Source: a virus
Taxonomy: Duplodnaviria > Caudoviricetes
DNA length: 48,339 bases
IMG/VR virus record: IMGVR_UViG_3300034008_000044
Location: 1-48,339 of that record
Strand: one strand, 5' to 3'
Below, piece by piece: positions 16,088 to 27,200 of the stretch. Made by a program: the position numbers and the translations under genes. Position 1 is the stretch's first letter, and each line of letters begins with the position of its first letter. Under the pieces are notes generated by a model that was given only the letters and a program-made list of their open reading frames with translations, had not been told where the DNA came from and searched no databases.

Positions 16088-16969
16088 ATGTCCTTGCTAC
16101 ATAAACACCTGGAACGAAACCGAGCGCTGATCCTAGCCAGTGAGGTATGGGCGCCGGAATATGACAGCTCACCGGAAACCCTGGGCAGGCTGCTGAAAGT
16201 CACGGCCCGCATGGAGCGCCGCATCCTGGAGTGGATGAGATCCAACGCCAAAAACGTCGACCGCTTTATCAAATGGGATGCATACCGATATGCCAGGTAT
16301 GAGATCAAGGCCACCCGTGTCGACGCCTATGACGTCCAGGTCATCGTGGATGATGCCGCCCTGGATGATTTGGATACCGCTTTCATCACGGTCGTATTTG
16401 AGGAAATAGCTGTCAGCACGGCACTCGGCGCCCAGGCTGGTGAGATCACCTATCGGATCCCGCTGGGCCTAGATGTATCCGATGCTCAGATCCAGCGCAT
16501 CGCCAAGGAGCAGGTGGCCGAGCTGGTCGGCAAACGGGTCACCAAGGACGGGCTGATAATCGACAACCCACGGGCTGAGTATCGTATCAGTGACAAGGTC
16601 CGGGCCGACATCAAGGAAAGCATCCAGACCAGCCTGAGCCTGGGCGATGACGTACCCGCTGCCCGTGACCGCCTGATGACCACCATCAAAGACAGCCGCC
16701 GGGCCGAGATGATAGCGCAGACTGAAACCGTGAACTCATACAACAAAGGGCTGAGCTATTTCGGCCAGCGCTCCGGAGCCATCGGCAAAGAGTGGCGGAA
16801 CAACGGCGCCACTGATATCTGCGCAGTGAACTCTGGCGATGGTGTCATCCCGTTCGGCACCTCATTCAGCTCCGGACACTCCGAGCCTACCGCTCACCCC
16901 CGCTGCAGGTGCTATCTGCGGCTGGTATATCAGAACGAGCTGGACAAAAACCCGGACCTTTTCGGCTAG
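16088..16969 (+). CDS. Minor head protein (MuF/SPP1 gp7-like)
   Basis: RAEMIAQTET..KEW..HPRCRC. Confidence 0.85.
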   Translation: MSLLHKHLERNRALILASEVWAPEYDSSPETLGRLLKVTARMERRILEWMRSNAKNVDRFIKWDAYRYARYEIKATRVDAYDVQVIVDDAALDDLDTAFITVVFEEIAVSTALGAQAGEITYRIPLGLDVSDAQIQRIAKEQVAELVGKRVTKDGLIIDNPRAEYRISDKVRADIKESIQTSLSLGDDVPAARDRLMTTIKDSRRAEMIAQTETVNSYNKGLSYFGQRSGAIGKEWRNNGATDICAVNSGDGVIPFGTSFSSGHSEPTAHPRCRCYLRLVYQNELDKNPDLFG

Positions 16970-17057
16970 TCCAGGCGCTCCAGGCTTTGCTTATTACTGG
17001 ATAAGCATGAGGAATATGTTGACAAACATAAGCCTAATAAGGCATCATAAGCACTAT

Positions 17058-18272
17058 ATGAGTACCCTAGTGGCGTATAAAAAAAACACTCAGCCAGTCC
17101 GGACGGTCCGCTCCATCATGGCGGACGCAAACAAACAGGCTCCATCCCGTATTGAGATATTGAAAGCTGGCACCTGGCCGCAGGGCAGCAATAAGGGAGC
17201 GCTGAGCATCACCCTGGATGACCTCCAGGAGTTCAAGCGTAACTTCGACAATGGCGTCGGTATGTCTGTCGGCATGCGTTCACTGCCGATTGATTTCAGT
17301 CACAACGACTGGTCGCAGGCTGCTGGATGGATGACCGACCTCATTGTCGAGGGTGACACTCTATATGCAGATGTAGAGTGGTCCACTTCCGGGCGGGCAG
17401 CCTTAGAGGGTGGTGAGTACAAGTGTGTATCACCATCGTTTTGGCCTGCATGCCTGGGCGAGTGGACTGACCCAGAGGATCCGAGCCTGACCGCCCGCAA
17501 CGTATTATGCGGCGCTGGACTGACCAATATACCCTTTTTTAAGGGCCTAACACCTATCATGGCTTCGACTGCCCAGCAGGGGCGAAGTGATAAAAATATT
17601 ATCTATGTAAGCGAACAGGAGAACCATCGCATGACATTGGACGAAGTACGCATCAAAGCTGCTGCCGACCTGACTGACGAAGATCGGCAGGTTTTGGCGG
17701 ACAATAAGGACCAGCTGTCAGCTGATGAGCTGGACAAGTTTAACATGGCCGCAAAACCAGCGGCACCTGCTCCGGCACCTGTCGCAGCCGATAACAAGCC
17801 CGTCAGTGGCGTATCGGACGCTGACAAAGCTGTCCTGGCTAGTATCAAAGACGGCAGCAAAGTCCTCATTGAGGCATCCGCATATAAGGGTATGGAAGAA
17901 CGGCTCGCCGCTATCGAAGCCGACCGTGCCGACATGAAGAAAAAAGAAGTCCAGGAAGTCGTCAAGGCTCACATCGCCCGTGGCGCTATCGTCGCAGATC
18001 AGGCCGACAACTGGACCAAGCTCATCATGGCTGACGCATCGAACGAAGACATGCTCAAAGCACTGCCAGGCCAAAAGGCCCTGGTGAATGCCAGCGTGTC
18101 CGGTACCGATGACGCTCAGGACGTCGACGCATCCAAGCAGTTTGAGGAAAAGGTCCAGGAAGCCATCAAAGCATCCAACGGATCCCTCGGCTATGGACAG
18201 GCAGTCATCCAGGTCGCCCAGGCCAACCCAACCCTGGCAAACGACCGTGAAAAACAACTAAAGAACGCATAG
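17058..18272 (+). CDS. Mu-like prohead protease/scaffold
   Basis: LPIDFSH..AAGW..VEWS..EYKCVSPSF..AGLTNIPF; coiled-coil scaffold C-terminus. Confidence 0.85.
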   Translation: MSTLVAYKKNTQPVRTVRSIMADANKQAPSRIEILKAGTWPQGSNKGALSITLDDLQEFKRNFDNGVGMSVGMRSLPIDFSHNDWSQAAGWMTDLIVEGDTLYADVEWSTSGRAALEGGEYKCVSPSFWPACLGEWTDPEDPSLTARNVLCGAGLTNIPFFKGLTPIMASTAQQGRSDKNIIYVSEQENHRMTLDEVRIKAAADLTDEDRQVLADNKDQLSADELDKFNMAAKPAAPAPAPVAADNKPVSGVSDADKAVLASIKDGSKVLIEASAYKGMEERLAAIEADRADMKKKEVQEVVKAHIARGAIVADQADNWTKLIMADASNEDMLKALPGQKALVNASVSGTDDAQDVDASKQFEEKVQEAIKASNGSLGYGQAVIQVAQANPTLANDREKQLKNA

Positions 18273-18288
18273 GAAAGGGATATATATC

Positions 18289-18657
18289 ATGGGTCATTTT
18301 GTAGAAGGCAGCAATAAAGGTTACTCAGCTGGCGCTGATCTGACCGCTTATACCGCTGTCAAATTGAACGCCGACAGGAATGTCGTGCCTGCCGCAGCCG
18401 CCACTGATGCCATCATCGGCGTGGTCAATGCTGCAGTGAAAAGTGGATGGGAAACTGACGTCCGGCTCCGGTCGGCTGCAGGTACCCTCAACATCGTCGC
18501 AGCTGCCACCATCGGCATCGGCCAGCCAGTCACGTCTGACGCTGCTGGTAAGGCTATCGTCGCAACAGTAGCAGGACAGCAGATCATCGGATACGCCCTC
18601 GAACCAGTAGTCAGCGGGCAGGTACTCGAAGTATTGCCATCCACAGGTAAGTTTTAA
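18289..18657 (+). CDS. Capsid cement/decoration protein (DUF2190-like)
   Basis: Between protease and MCP; IGQPVTSDAAGKA..IIGYAL. Confidence 0.75.
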   Translation: MGHFVEGSNKGYSAGADLTAYTAVKLNADRNVVPAAAATDAIIGVVNAAVKSGWETDVRLRSAAGTLNIVAAATIGIGQPVTSDAAGKAIVATVAGQQIIGYALEPVVSGQVLEVLPSTGKF

Positions 18658-18688
18658 CAAATCATAATCAGGACATAAGAAAAACATC

Positions 18689-19648
18689 ATGCAAGACGCA
18701 CGACAAGTCTACCGGGATCAAGTACTGACCGATGTGTTCCTCAGCTTTCCAGCTCAGAACCTCATCGGCAGCCTGGTCCTGCCAACATTAAACGTTCCCG
18801 ACCTCACTGGTCTGGCTTTCAAGCTCGACGAATCGCATCTGACGGTGCCTATCGACAGCCGCCGTGCTGACTTTGCCCGTGCAAATCGTGTTAGCTTTGA
18901 GCTGACTGACCAGGCATATGGCCCGCTGGCAGAACACTCACTGGAAGCCGGTATCACCGACAAAGTGATGCGGACATACCAGACGCCTATCGTTCCGGAA
19001 ACAAATGCCACCAACGTGGTATCCCGCAAGCTCGCTTTTGAGAAAGAGATCTATATCCGGAACCATGTCACCAATATCGCTAATTATCACACCAACAACC
19101 GCATTGTCCTGTCCGGCGCTGCCAAGCTGAGTGATGACGCATCTGATCCTGAAGCCATGGCTCAGGCTGCGCACGAGGCCATGCTGCTCGGATGTGGTCA
19201 CCGTGCCAATCAGGTCACTATGGGCTACCAGGTCCGCAAGCGGCTCCGCAACCACCCGAAAGTCCTGGCTACTTTCAACGCCGTGGCCCGTGTCACCAAT
19301 GAGGAAAAGGATGCAGCCATCCGTGAGATCCTTGATGTCGAGCGCATCATCGTATCTGAGGGCATCATATCCGACCAGGCTGATGGTCAGCTGTCCGGCG
19401 GCAAGTCGTTCATTTGGGGCGATGACCTGATCTTCCAGTACGTTGTCGACACTCCAGTCATGGAAGACCTGACCTATGGATATCTGCTCAACCTGAACCC
19501 ACGCCATGACACTGAGGGCGCTCCATTGGTCGGTGTTGACAAGTGGTACGAACAGGACAAAAAGTCGACCTTTGTCCGGGCCACCGAGTTCTATGGCACC
19601 TGGACCGTGGCAAACACTGCCGGGTTCCTATATAAAGATTGTTTGTAA
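18689..19648 (+). CDS. Major capsid protein
   Basis: Position and size (319 aa); LRNHPKV, IWGDD and TYGY motifs. Confidence 0.8.
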   Translation: MQDARQVYRDQVLTDVFLSFPAQNLIGSLVLPTLNVPDLTGLAFKLDESHLTVPIDSRRADFARANRVSFELTDQAYGPLAEHSLEAGITDKVMRTYQTPIVPETNATNVVSRKLAFEKEIYIRNHVTNIANYHTNNRIVLSGAAKLSDDASDPEAMAQAAHEAMLLGCGHRANQVTMGYQVRKRLRNHPKVLATFNAVARVTNEEKDAAIREILDVERIIVSEGIISDQADGQLSGGKSFIWGDDLIFQYVVDTPVMEDLTYGYLLNLNPRHDTEGAPLVGVDKWYEQDKKSTFVRATEFYGTWTVANTAGFLYKDCL

Positions 19649-19666
19649 GAGGGGAGTGAATAGCAT

Positions 19667-19951
19667 ATGCCTACTATCGAACTTTTAGCAAACTATCAAA
19701 CCGACGCTGGTCTGGTCACTGAGGGTGACCGGATCGAAGTGTCTGAGGATACTGCTCAGCACCTCATCAGTATCGGCGTCGCCAAAGAGGTCAGAGGGGG
19801 CGCCACTGTAGTACAGCCCCCTTTAGACCCACCAGCCGGGAGTGGACAGGTCGAGCCACCAGTGACCCCGCCAGCGGATCAGAGCCAAAACTCTCAGCCG
19901 CCAGCGACACCGCCAAATCCCGGTATATCACCAAACTTGCATCTAGGGTAA
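19667..19951 (+). CDS. Small head-associated protein with a Pro-rich tail
   Basis: GDRIEVSEDTAQHLISIGVA motif, common right after MCP. Confidence 0.6.
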   Translation: MPTIELLANYQTDAGLVTEGDRIEVSEDTAQHLISIGVAKEVRGGATVVQPPLDPPAGSGQVEPPVTPPADQSQNSQPPATPPNPGISPNLHLG

Positions 19952-19963
19952 AGGACAAATTAT

Positions 19964-20470
19964 ATGGCAGCAACAGTTGAAATCGATGAGTTCAATGGTG
20001 CATCTGCGGGTACAGCAACCCACAACATCACGAACTCGAACATGGGATCTGTCGATGCAGTAAACCTGGACCCTGTCGCAAACCCGGTCACTCCAGGAAA
20101 CAACACATTCGAAAAGTTCCAAAAGGTACACGTCACTGCGATGGGCGGGTCGAGTAAAATCGACAACCTCAAAGTATGGCGGACGGGCGCCCTGGGTGGT
20201 GCCGCTACTCATAAGACGAACGCCAGGGAAACAACCTATGGCGGCGCCGCAGCAGCAGCCACTCCAATCGCTACCGTCAGCACCCTGGCAACTCAGACGA
20301 TGCCGACAGCCGCACCGACTAATGCCAACCTGGGCATCGGTGGCTCACTCACGGGCAGCCTGACAGCTACCGGATCCAGCGACTTCCTGATCCACCAGAT
20401 CCAGACCAACGCAGCAGATACTACAGGTGCAACATGTACCCTTAACTTCCAGTATGATGAAACTGCATAA
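19964..20470 (+). CDS. Putative virion structural protein
   Basis: T/A/G-rich beta-type sequence ending FQYDET, inside the head operon. Confidence 0.6.
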   Translation: MAATVEIDEFNGASAGTATHNITNSNMGSVDAVNLDPVANPVTPGNNTFEKFQKVHVTAMGGSSKIDNLKVWRTGALGGAATHKTNARETTYGGAAAAATPIATVSTLATQTMPTAAPTNANLGIGGSLTGSLTATGSSDFLIHQIQTNAADTTGATCTLNFQYDETA

Positions 20471-20493
20471 TATGTGGACACAAGGAGTTTAAT

Positions 20494-20751
20494 ATGGAAA
20501 ATACAGCAGAAAAACATCGATGTGGTGTATGTAACGACGAGTGGCTGACAGAGGGCGAATACAACGCTCATGTCTGCCCTCAGACCCAGCATACGCCGCA
20601 GGAAGCCGAGCATCTGATTGCATCGACTGATCCAGGCTTTGCGGACGTCCAAAAAGCCGCACTAGAGCGTGGACTGGAAAGCATCCAGGCCCAGGGAGCA
20701 ACCCCTGAGCAGGTCGCTGTCCAAGAAGAAGCCATCCAGCAGCTCCAGTAA
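20494..20751 (+). CDS. Zn-finger-like small protein
   Basis: CGVC-x10-HVC; AAGGAG RBS. Confidence 0.65.
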   Translation: MENTAEKHRCGVCNDEWLTEGEYNAHVCPQTQHTPQEAEHLIASTDPGFADVQKAALERGLESIQAQGATPEQVAVQEEAIQQLQ

Positions 20752-20814
20752 CATCATCAACGCTTAATGACCGAGCCAATACAATGGCCATGAAGTCAGA
20801 AAGAAGTCAATACA

Positions 20815-21252
20815 ATGGCGATCTCATATATCCACCCAGCAACCAATGAACCCGTATCACGGGAGCGATGGCGCTGGGTGGTTGAGTATATAGACGGCTC
20901 ACAGCTCCAGCAGTTCGAGGTCCACCAGGGCCAGGCCATCTTCCATCCATTTGCGGATATAGACCAGGCGAGGGTCCGCAAATTCACCCTGGAGCATGAT
21001 ACGCTCCGGCCAGTCCATTTATATCTACCAGAGGGAGCCAAACTGGTCCACGCATACGTCAATGGCGTGTATAACGTGCCGCTGCATGACGGCGACAACA
21101 GCGCTATCATCCAGGAGCGTGGCTATAAAGTCGGCTATCAGCTGGACGGAAAATCATACGGCATATTGGTCGGACCTGATGACAGCATCCGACTGCTGCA
21201 TGACTTCGACATCCTGCTCGATGCGGATGGAAAGTATGACAATCTAGTCTAG
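20815..21252 (+). CDS. Hypothetical protein (possible fibre chaperone)
   Basis: WRWVVEYIDGSQLQQF; precedes the giant gene. Confidence 0.6.
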   Translation: MAISYIHPATNEPVSRERWRWVVEYIDGSQLQQFEVHQGQAIFHPFADIDQARVRKFTLEHDTLRPVHLYLPEGAKLVHAYVNGVYNVPLHDGDNSAIIQERGYKVGYQLDGKSYGILVGPDDSIRLLHDFDILLDADGKYDNLV

Positions 21253-21259
21253 CCATACC

Positions 21260-24200
21260 ATGCCAGCGCCACTATTCCAGGCCGTATCCAACGCAGCAGG
21301 TCACTCGGCTACCACCGGGGCGCTGGCTGTTGCCTGGCCCGCTCATCTGATCCATGACGTGGCGCTCTTATTCATCGAAACAAACGGCGGCGCTGCCAGT
21401 CCTACCCTGTCAGTTCCAGCTGGTTTTGCGCTGCTCGGCACTATCCAGACCACTGGAACCGGTACGGCGGGAACGAAAATCGCCGTGTACTGGTGCCGGG
21501 CGACATCCAACGCCATGGCGACGCCTACCATCGCAGCCAGCACCGACCACCTGTTCGCTGTCATGGTCACATACCGGGGCGTCATCCGGACCGGAAACCC
21601 CTGGAACGCTACCGCCGGGGGCGTCAAGGCTACCGCATCCACCAGCGCCACTCTATCGGCCGTCACCACAACCGTCGCTGATAGCCTGATAGTGCTAGGC
21701 ATAGCGGGCGACCTGGATGCGGCTGGTGCCTGGGTGACCGGGATCACAAACGCCAACCTGACCGGGATCACTGAGCGGTTCGACCAGGGTACGGCGTCCG
21801 GCCTGGGTGGTAAGCTCGGCGTCTATACTGGAACGAAAGCCACCGCCGGATCCACGGGAACATCTGCTGCCACTGTCACCTCATCGATCAATGCGTTCAT
21901 CACTATCGCCCTGACGCCGGAGCCGACACGGGCATTGGCATCGACGGTCCTGGACAACTACAACGACAACACCATATCCAACCTATGGGATACCGTCACA
22001 TACTCCAACAACGCCGCCAGCACCACCGAGCTGAACTCCATGATGACGCTGACGCATCCAAACCTGACATACAACACGGTCCTGACGGCCAGCGAATACT
22101 CACTGCTCGCAAACAACTTTTATGTCGAGGTGGTGGATGCCGGGAACCAGACATATGTCAGTCACTCGGCTCAGATCCTGGTGTACCTGGATGCAAATAA
22201 TAAGATATGGCTCGAAGCCGCTGGCGGCAACCTGCAGGCATTCAGGAACGTCGCAGGCGTCCAGACCCAGGTCGGTACTGGCATCGCCTACAGCAACACC
22301 ACCATGCGCTGGTGGCGTATCCAGGAAAGCGGCGGCAACATCACGTTCTGGACCGCACCGGACAATGGAGCCGGGGCGCCTGGCACCTGGGTCCAGCGGT
22401 TCGTCGCCCTGGCACTGCCATTCCCTATCACATCGGTCCGTATCGGTATGGTGTCCGGAAACTGGCAAAGCGAAGTCGGCGGATCATATGCCACCTACAA
22501 CAACTTCAATGGCGGCGGCGAGCCTACCCTGGACACGTTCATGTGGATGGGCAGGCGATGGCAAAAGCGGCCCAGCTATAAGCCAGGCGATCCGATGTAT
22601 AACGGCCAGTGGAGCGTCGATAATATCATCGAACCGGACGTCAATGGATACATCAAGCTGCGGGTCAGCAACGCCGCAGGGAACAGTCCTATCGGCTCCG
22701 AGATGTACACCGTCGACCGGGGTTTCGGATATGGCGTATATGAATCAGTAGTCGAGGGCGGTGACCTCACCACCCTGCATAAGTCCGCAGTGTTCGGCGG
22801 GATGTACACCTATGACGAGCAAACGCTGCCGACCAACAACGAAATCGACATGATGGAAACCTCAGCCTGGGGAAATGCCCTGGATCCTATCGGTCTATTC
22901 CATACCTACTTCATCAACACTGCAGGCGCCAAGGTGTCAGTTGAGGACCGGGTGGATATCCCTGCCAACAGCCTGCTATATCACCGCATGATCTGGATGC
23001 CGACCAAAATCATATGGGAAAGCTATATCGGCACCGACTACACTGGCACCCTGATATTCCGGACTGAGCGGACCACCAACATACCAGTGCCAGCGACCGA
23101 GCGGGTCCATTTCAATTTCTGGATGTTCGGCGGCAACGGCGGCACTCCGGCCACCATGACCCAGCGGGATGTCACGGTCCGCAGCTGGGCATTCACACCC
23201 GTGCAAAAACTGCCATATCGCCAGGTCAAGGCGCTCAAATATGATCTGTCAGTCCAAACGGATCTATACTATTTCGACGGCCATACCGCCATCAATGATC
23301 CAGGCGCCAAGTGGGGAGCTGATGCCAGCGCCTTTGATAATTCCACCACCAGCGGGTCGTTTCTCCAGGAAGCCACAGCAGTCGGCAGCGCCACCACTGA
23401 CTACCTGGAGGGCAAGGGAACGACCGCACCCGCTACCAGCAGCAGGACCATCAGCCAGGTCCGGGTCCGGGCGTATGGATATCAAACCAACGGGTTCTTT
23501 AACCTGGAGGGCAAAATATACAAAGCAGGCGGCGCTGAGCTGCTGGGAACCATAGCTTTCAATACAGGACAACCACCGACTGGCAACCTCGGAGCCTGGA
23601 CCACACTATCCGCACCGACTGGCGGATGGACTGCTGCTGCCGTGAGGGATCTGGAAACCAGACTATACTATCCAAACGCATTTACGCCTGACCTCTATGC
23701 TCCAGGCGTCAACTATGTCGAGGTAGAAGTCACGTCATACTCAGGCACTCAGGCCACCCAGGTCCAGGCCACCAAGAGCCTGGCATACCGGATCCGTAAA
23801 AGCCAGACGGCACTCACGAAGTCAGCCCGCTACACCATCCGCAGGCCCGCCACTGCCATCACGAAGTCAGTCAAATACACGATCCGAAAGGCTGCAACAG
23901 CCCTCACCAAATCACTGCGCTATGCAGCCAAAGTCACCAGGGGGCCAGCCCAGGCGTTCAGTCTGCTGACATATACGGGCAGCAACGGGAAACTGATACC
24001 TGTCGATCTGTCCGCCACCAATGCCGTCAGTTTTGTCTTTGATATGGACTATACGCCAGTCGGCAGCGCTTTCAGCGGCATGGCCCTGGAGCTGAGTACA
24101 AACAGCAACATCAGCAACGGTGGATTCTTCTTTGCTCCGACCAGTGAGTTCGATGGCAGTCAGCTGGAGCTGCTGGAGCATGGCACCAGTGGATATAACG

Positions 24201-27200
24201 TATGGCAGGCACCACGCCGCAGCGCCGGGCTGCATCGGTATGTCATCGTGGTCGACCGCAGTCAGACGGGCGCCCCGTTCCGTCTATATGTCGATGGCCT
24301 GGCGGTGACCCTGACCCAGCATGCCAGCTATACCGCAGACAATAATAACAACTTCACCAATGAGGGCCTATATGTCGGCGGCCGTGCTACAACCAGCAAC
24401 TTTATCATAGCGGGCATCAGCGATCCGCTCATATATGACTATGCGCTGACAGGCACCCAGGCCGCCGCATTCAGCGCCGCCACCGCACCGCAAAAAGCAC
24501 TCCAGTATGCCATCAGCCAGGTCGTCGTCACGGCCACCATCATCGGAAAGTCTGCCGCCTATAGCCTGAGGAAACCGCTGTCACTCACCAAGTCGATGCG
24601 ATACGCTATCCGCCGCCCGGCGAGCGCCATCACCAGGTCCATCCAGTACGCTATCAAGCGGCCCGCCACCGCACTCACCAGGTCAGTATCGTATCGGATC
24701 AAGCGCCCGGCCACTGCCGTCACAAAGCAACTAAAGTACTCAGTCCGAACGGTGTCTGCGGCTATATCAAAGGGTCTGACATACCGGGCTGAGCGGATCT
24801 ATTCCGTCGCAAAGTCGGTCCAGTATGTCACCAGGAAACAGATATCTGCATCAAAGACCCTGCAGTACACCGTCCGGCGGCCTGTTGTAGCACTCACAAA
24901 GGGCATCCAGTACACCGTCAGACGCCCGGCGGCGGCACTGAGTAAATCTATTAACTACCAGGTGAAACGGCCAGCAGCGGCAGTCACCAGGTCGGTCCAG
25001 TATGCGGTCGAGAAAGCCAGCAGCCTGAGCAAGTCATTTAAGTATTCCGTCCGGCGACCAGCCACCGCCATCAGCAAGTCGACCAGCTACCAGGTCCGCA
25101 GATCCGCCGCAGCCGTGACCAAGTCACTGCAGTATGCGACTGAGCGGGCTGCCACTATAGCCAAGCCTGTCCGCTATGCGACCCGCCAGACCCAGGCTGT
25201 CATCAGCAAGGGCGTCCAGTATCGTATCCGCCTGGCATCCGGTATCACTACCAAGGCCCTGGGATATGAGCTGGCGTTCATTACGGTGGTCGCCCTGGGC
25301 CTGAAATACTCCATATTCCGAGTACAAAATATAACCAAATCACTCCAATACATCACTCGGCGGACCTCTGTCATCGGTCGGCCGCTGCAGTACGTCACCA
25401 GGCGACAGCCGACTATCAGCAAGGGGCTGCAGTACGCTACTGAGCGCCCGGTCGCCATCAGCAAGCAGGTCAGATATGCAGTCGAGCGGACTGGTATCAG
25501 CATCAGCCGCAGCCTGGCATATGCCACCAGGCCCGCAGTCACCCAGGCCAAACAGCTGCGATATGTCATCCGACGGCCCGCATCCATAGCCAGGAGCCTG
25601 CGGTACACCATCGAGCGCCCGGCATCCATCGCCAGGTCTATGACATACCGGATCCGGACCACGCCCGGCGCCATATCCCGCTCCATGCGATACGCTACCA
25701 GGATAGCAGGCGTCAGCATCACCCGCTCCATGGCCTACAGTATCGACCTGCCGACTGTCATCCTGACCAAGGCGCTGGCCTACTATATCCGCAAGGCCCC
25801 GGCCCTATCCAAGCCCCTGCGCTATGCCCTGCGACCCGTCACCACTGTAACCAAACCACTGTCCTACACTATCAGGGCGGGCAGGGGAGTGACCCGCAGC
25901 CTGGCATATGCAGTCAGACGTCCGGCCGCTGCGGTCACCAAAGAGATCACATACCGCATCCGGCGCCCTGCATCAGCTGTCACCAAGACCATCGACTATG
26001 ACGTAAAAGCACCCAAAGCGGTCACTAAATCACTGCGCTACCAGGTACGAACGACTGCTGCAGCCATCACAAAACCGATCCGATACGCCACTGAGCGGGT
26101 CACCACCAGCGCCAAGGGCCTGCAATATGTCATCAAAAAACCGATAGCACTGAGCAAACAATTTAACTATCGCATCAGGGCGGCCGCCAATGTGACCAAG
26201 CCGCTGCAGTACGCTGTCGAGAAGAGCCTGGCGATCACCCGTCCGCTGCGCTATGCCGTGGCACCTGCATACGGGATCAGCAAGGGCGTCGCCTATATAG
26301 TCCGGCCATCCTACCGCATCGGCAAGACGCTGCACTATGGACTGCGGACTGGCAGCGGATCCGGCGGTGGATCTCAGACCCTCATGCTGACCGTGGACGG
26401 CGACGGTTTCCATACTACTGGCTGGCGGAGTGAGGGCGGCGACTGGACCCGCCTGACATCAGACGATGGTGACACGTCCAGACTATACTCGCCAAGCAGC
26501 GGCGACCTGGCGACGTTCACCGTGACCAATCCCGTGCTACCTGCGGGCGCTACCATCAGCAGCCTGACGGTCTACTATAAAGTGAAAAAGCTCGACCCCG
26601 TGGATGGACTGAGCCGCCTGCTGCTCCGGGTCAGCGGCACCACATACGACACCGCAAACCACAACCCGACGACTGCGGGCGTCTATCAGCTATTCAGCAA
26701 CACCTGGAACCAGAACCCAGCCAACGGCCAGGCATGGACCGCCGCCGCCTTGAACGATATCGAAATCGGTATGAAAAAGGAAAACAGTGCCGGGCAAGCC
26801 GTGACCTACATGTACGCCGTGGTGACATATACAGCGCCCGTCAATAAGGTCACCACTATGATGAGCAAGGCCCTGCAGTATGTAGTCCAGGGTACGTCCA
26901 CCCAGCTCACCACCAAGCCGATGGCATACCGTGTCCGCCGCTCCATACCTATCAGCAAGGCGCTGCGCTATGCGACCGAACGGCCGACAGCGATCACCCG
27001 CAGCCTACAGTACACGGTCCGCAAAGCGATCACCACCACCCGACCGCTGCGCTACCAGGTCGAAAAGGTCCAGGCAATATCCAAGGCGCTGCGGTATCAG
27101 GTCCGGACCACGGGCGCCGCTATCACCAAGCCTGTCAGCTACTCAGTCCGCAAGGGCATCGCCGTGACCCGCAGCATCAAGTACACCATCCGCCGGACAC

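Noticed and set aside
19323-19331. GTGAGATCC copies in MCP and tail tube (also ~30950)
   Set aside because: They encode Arg-Glu-Ile-Leu in frame with no adjacent start, so they are likely chance.
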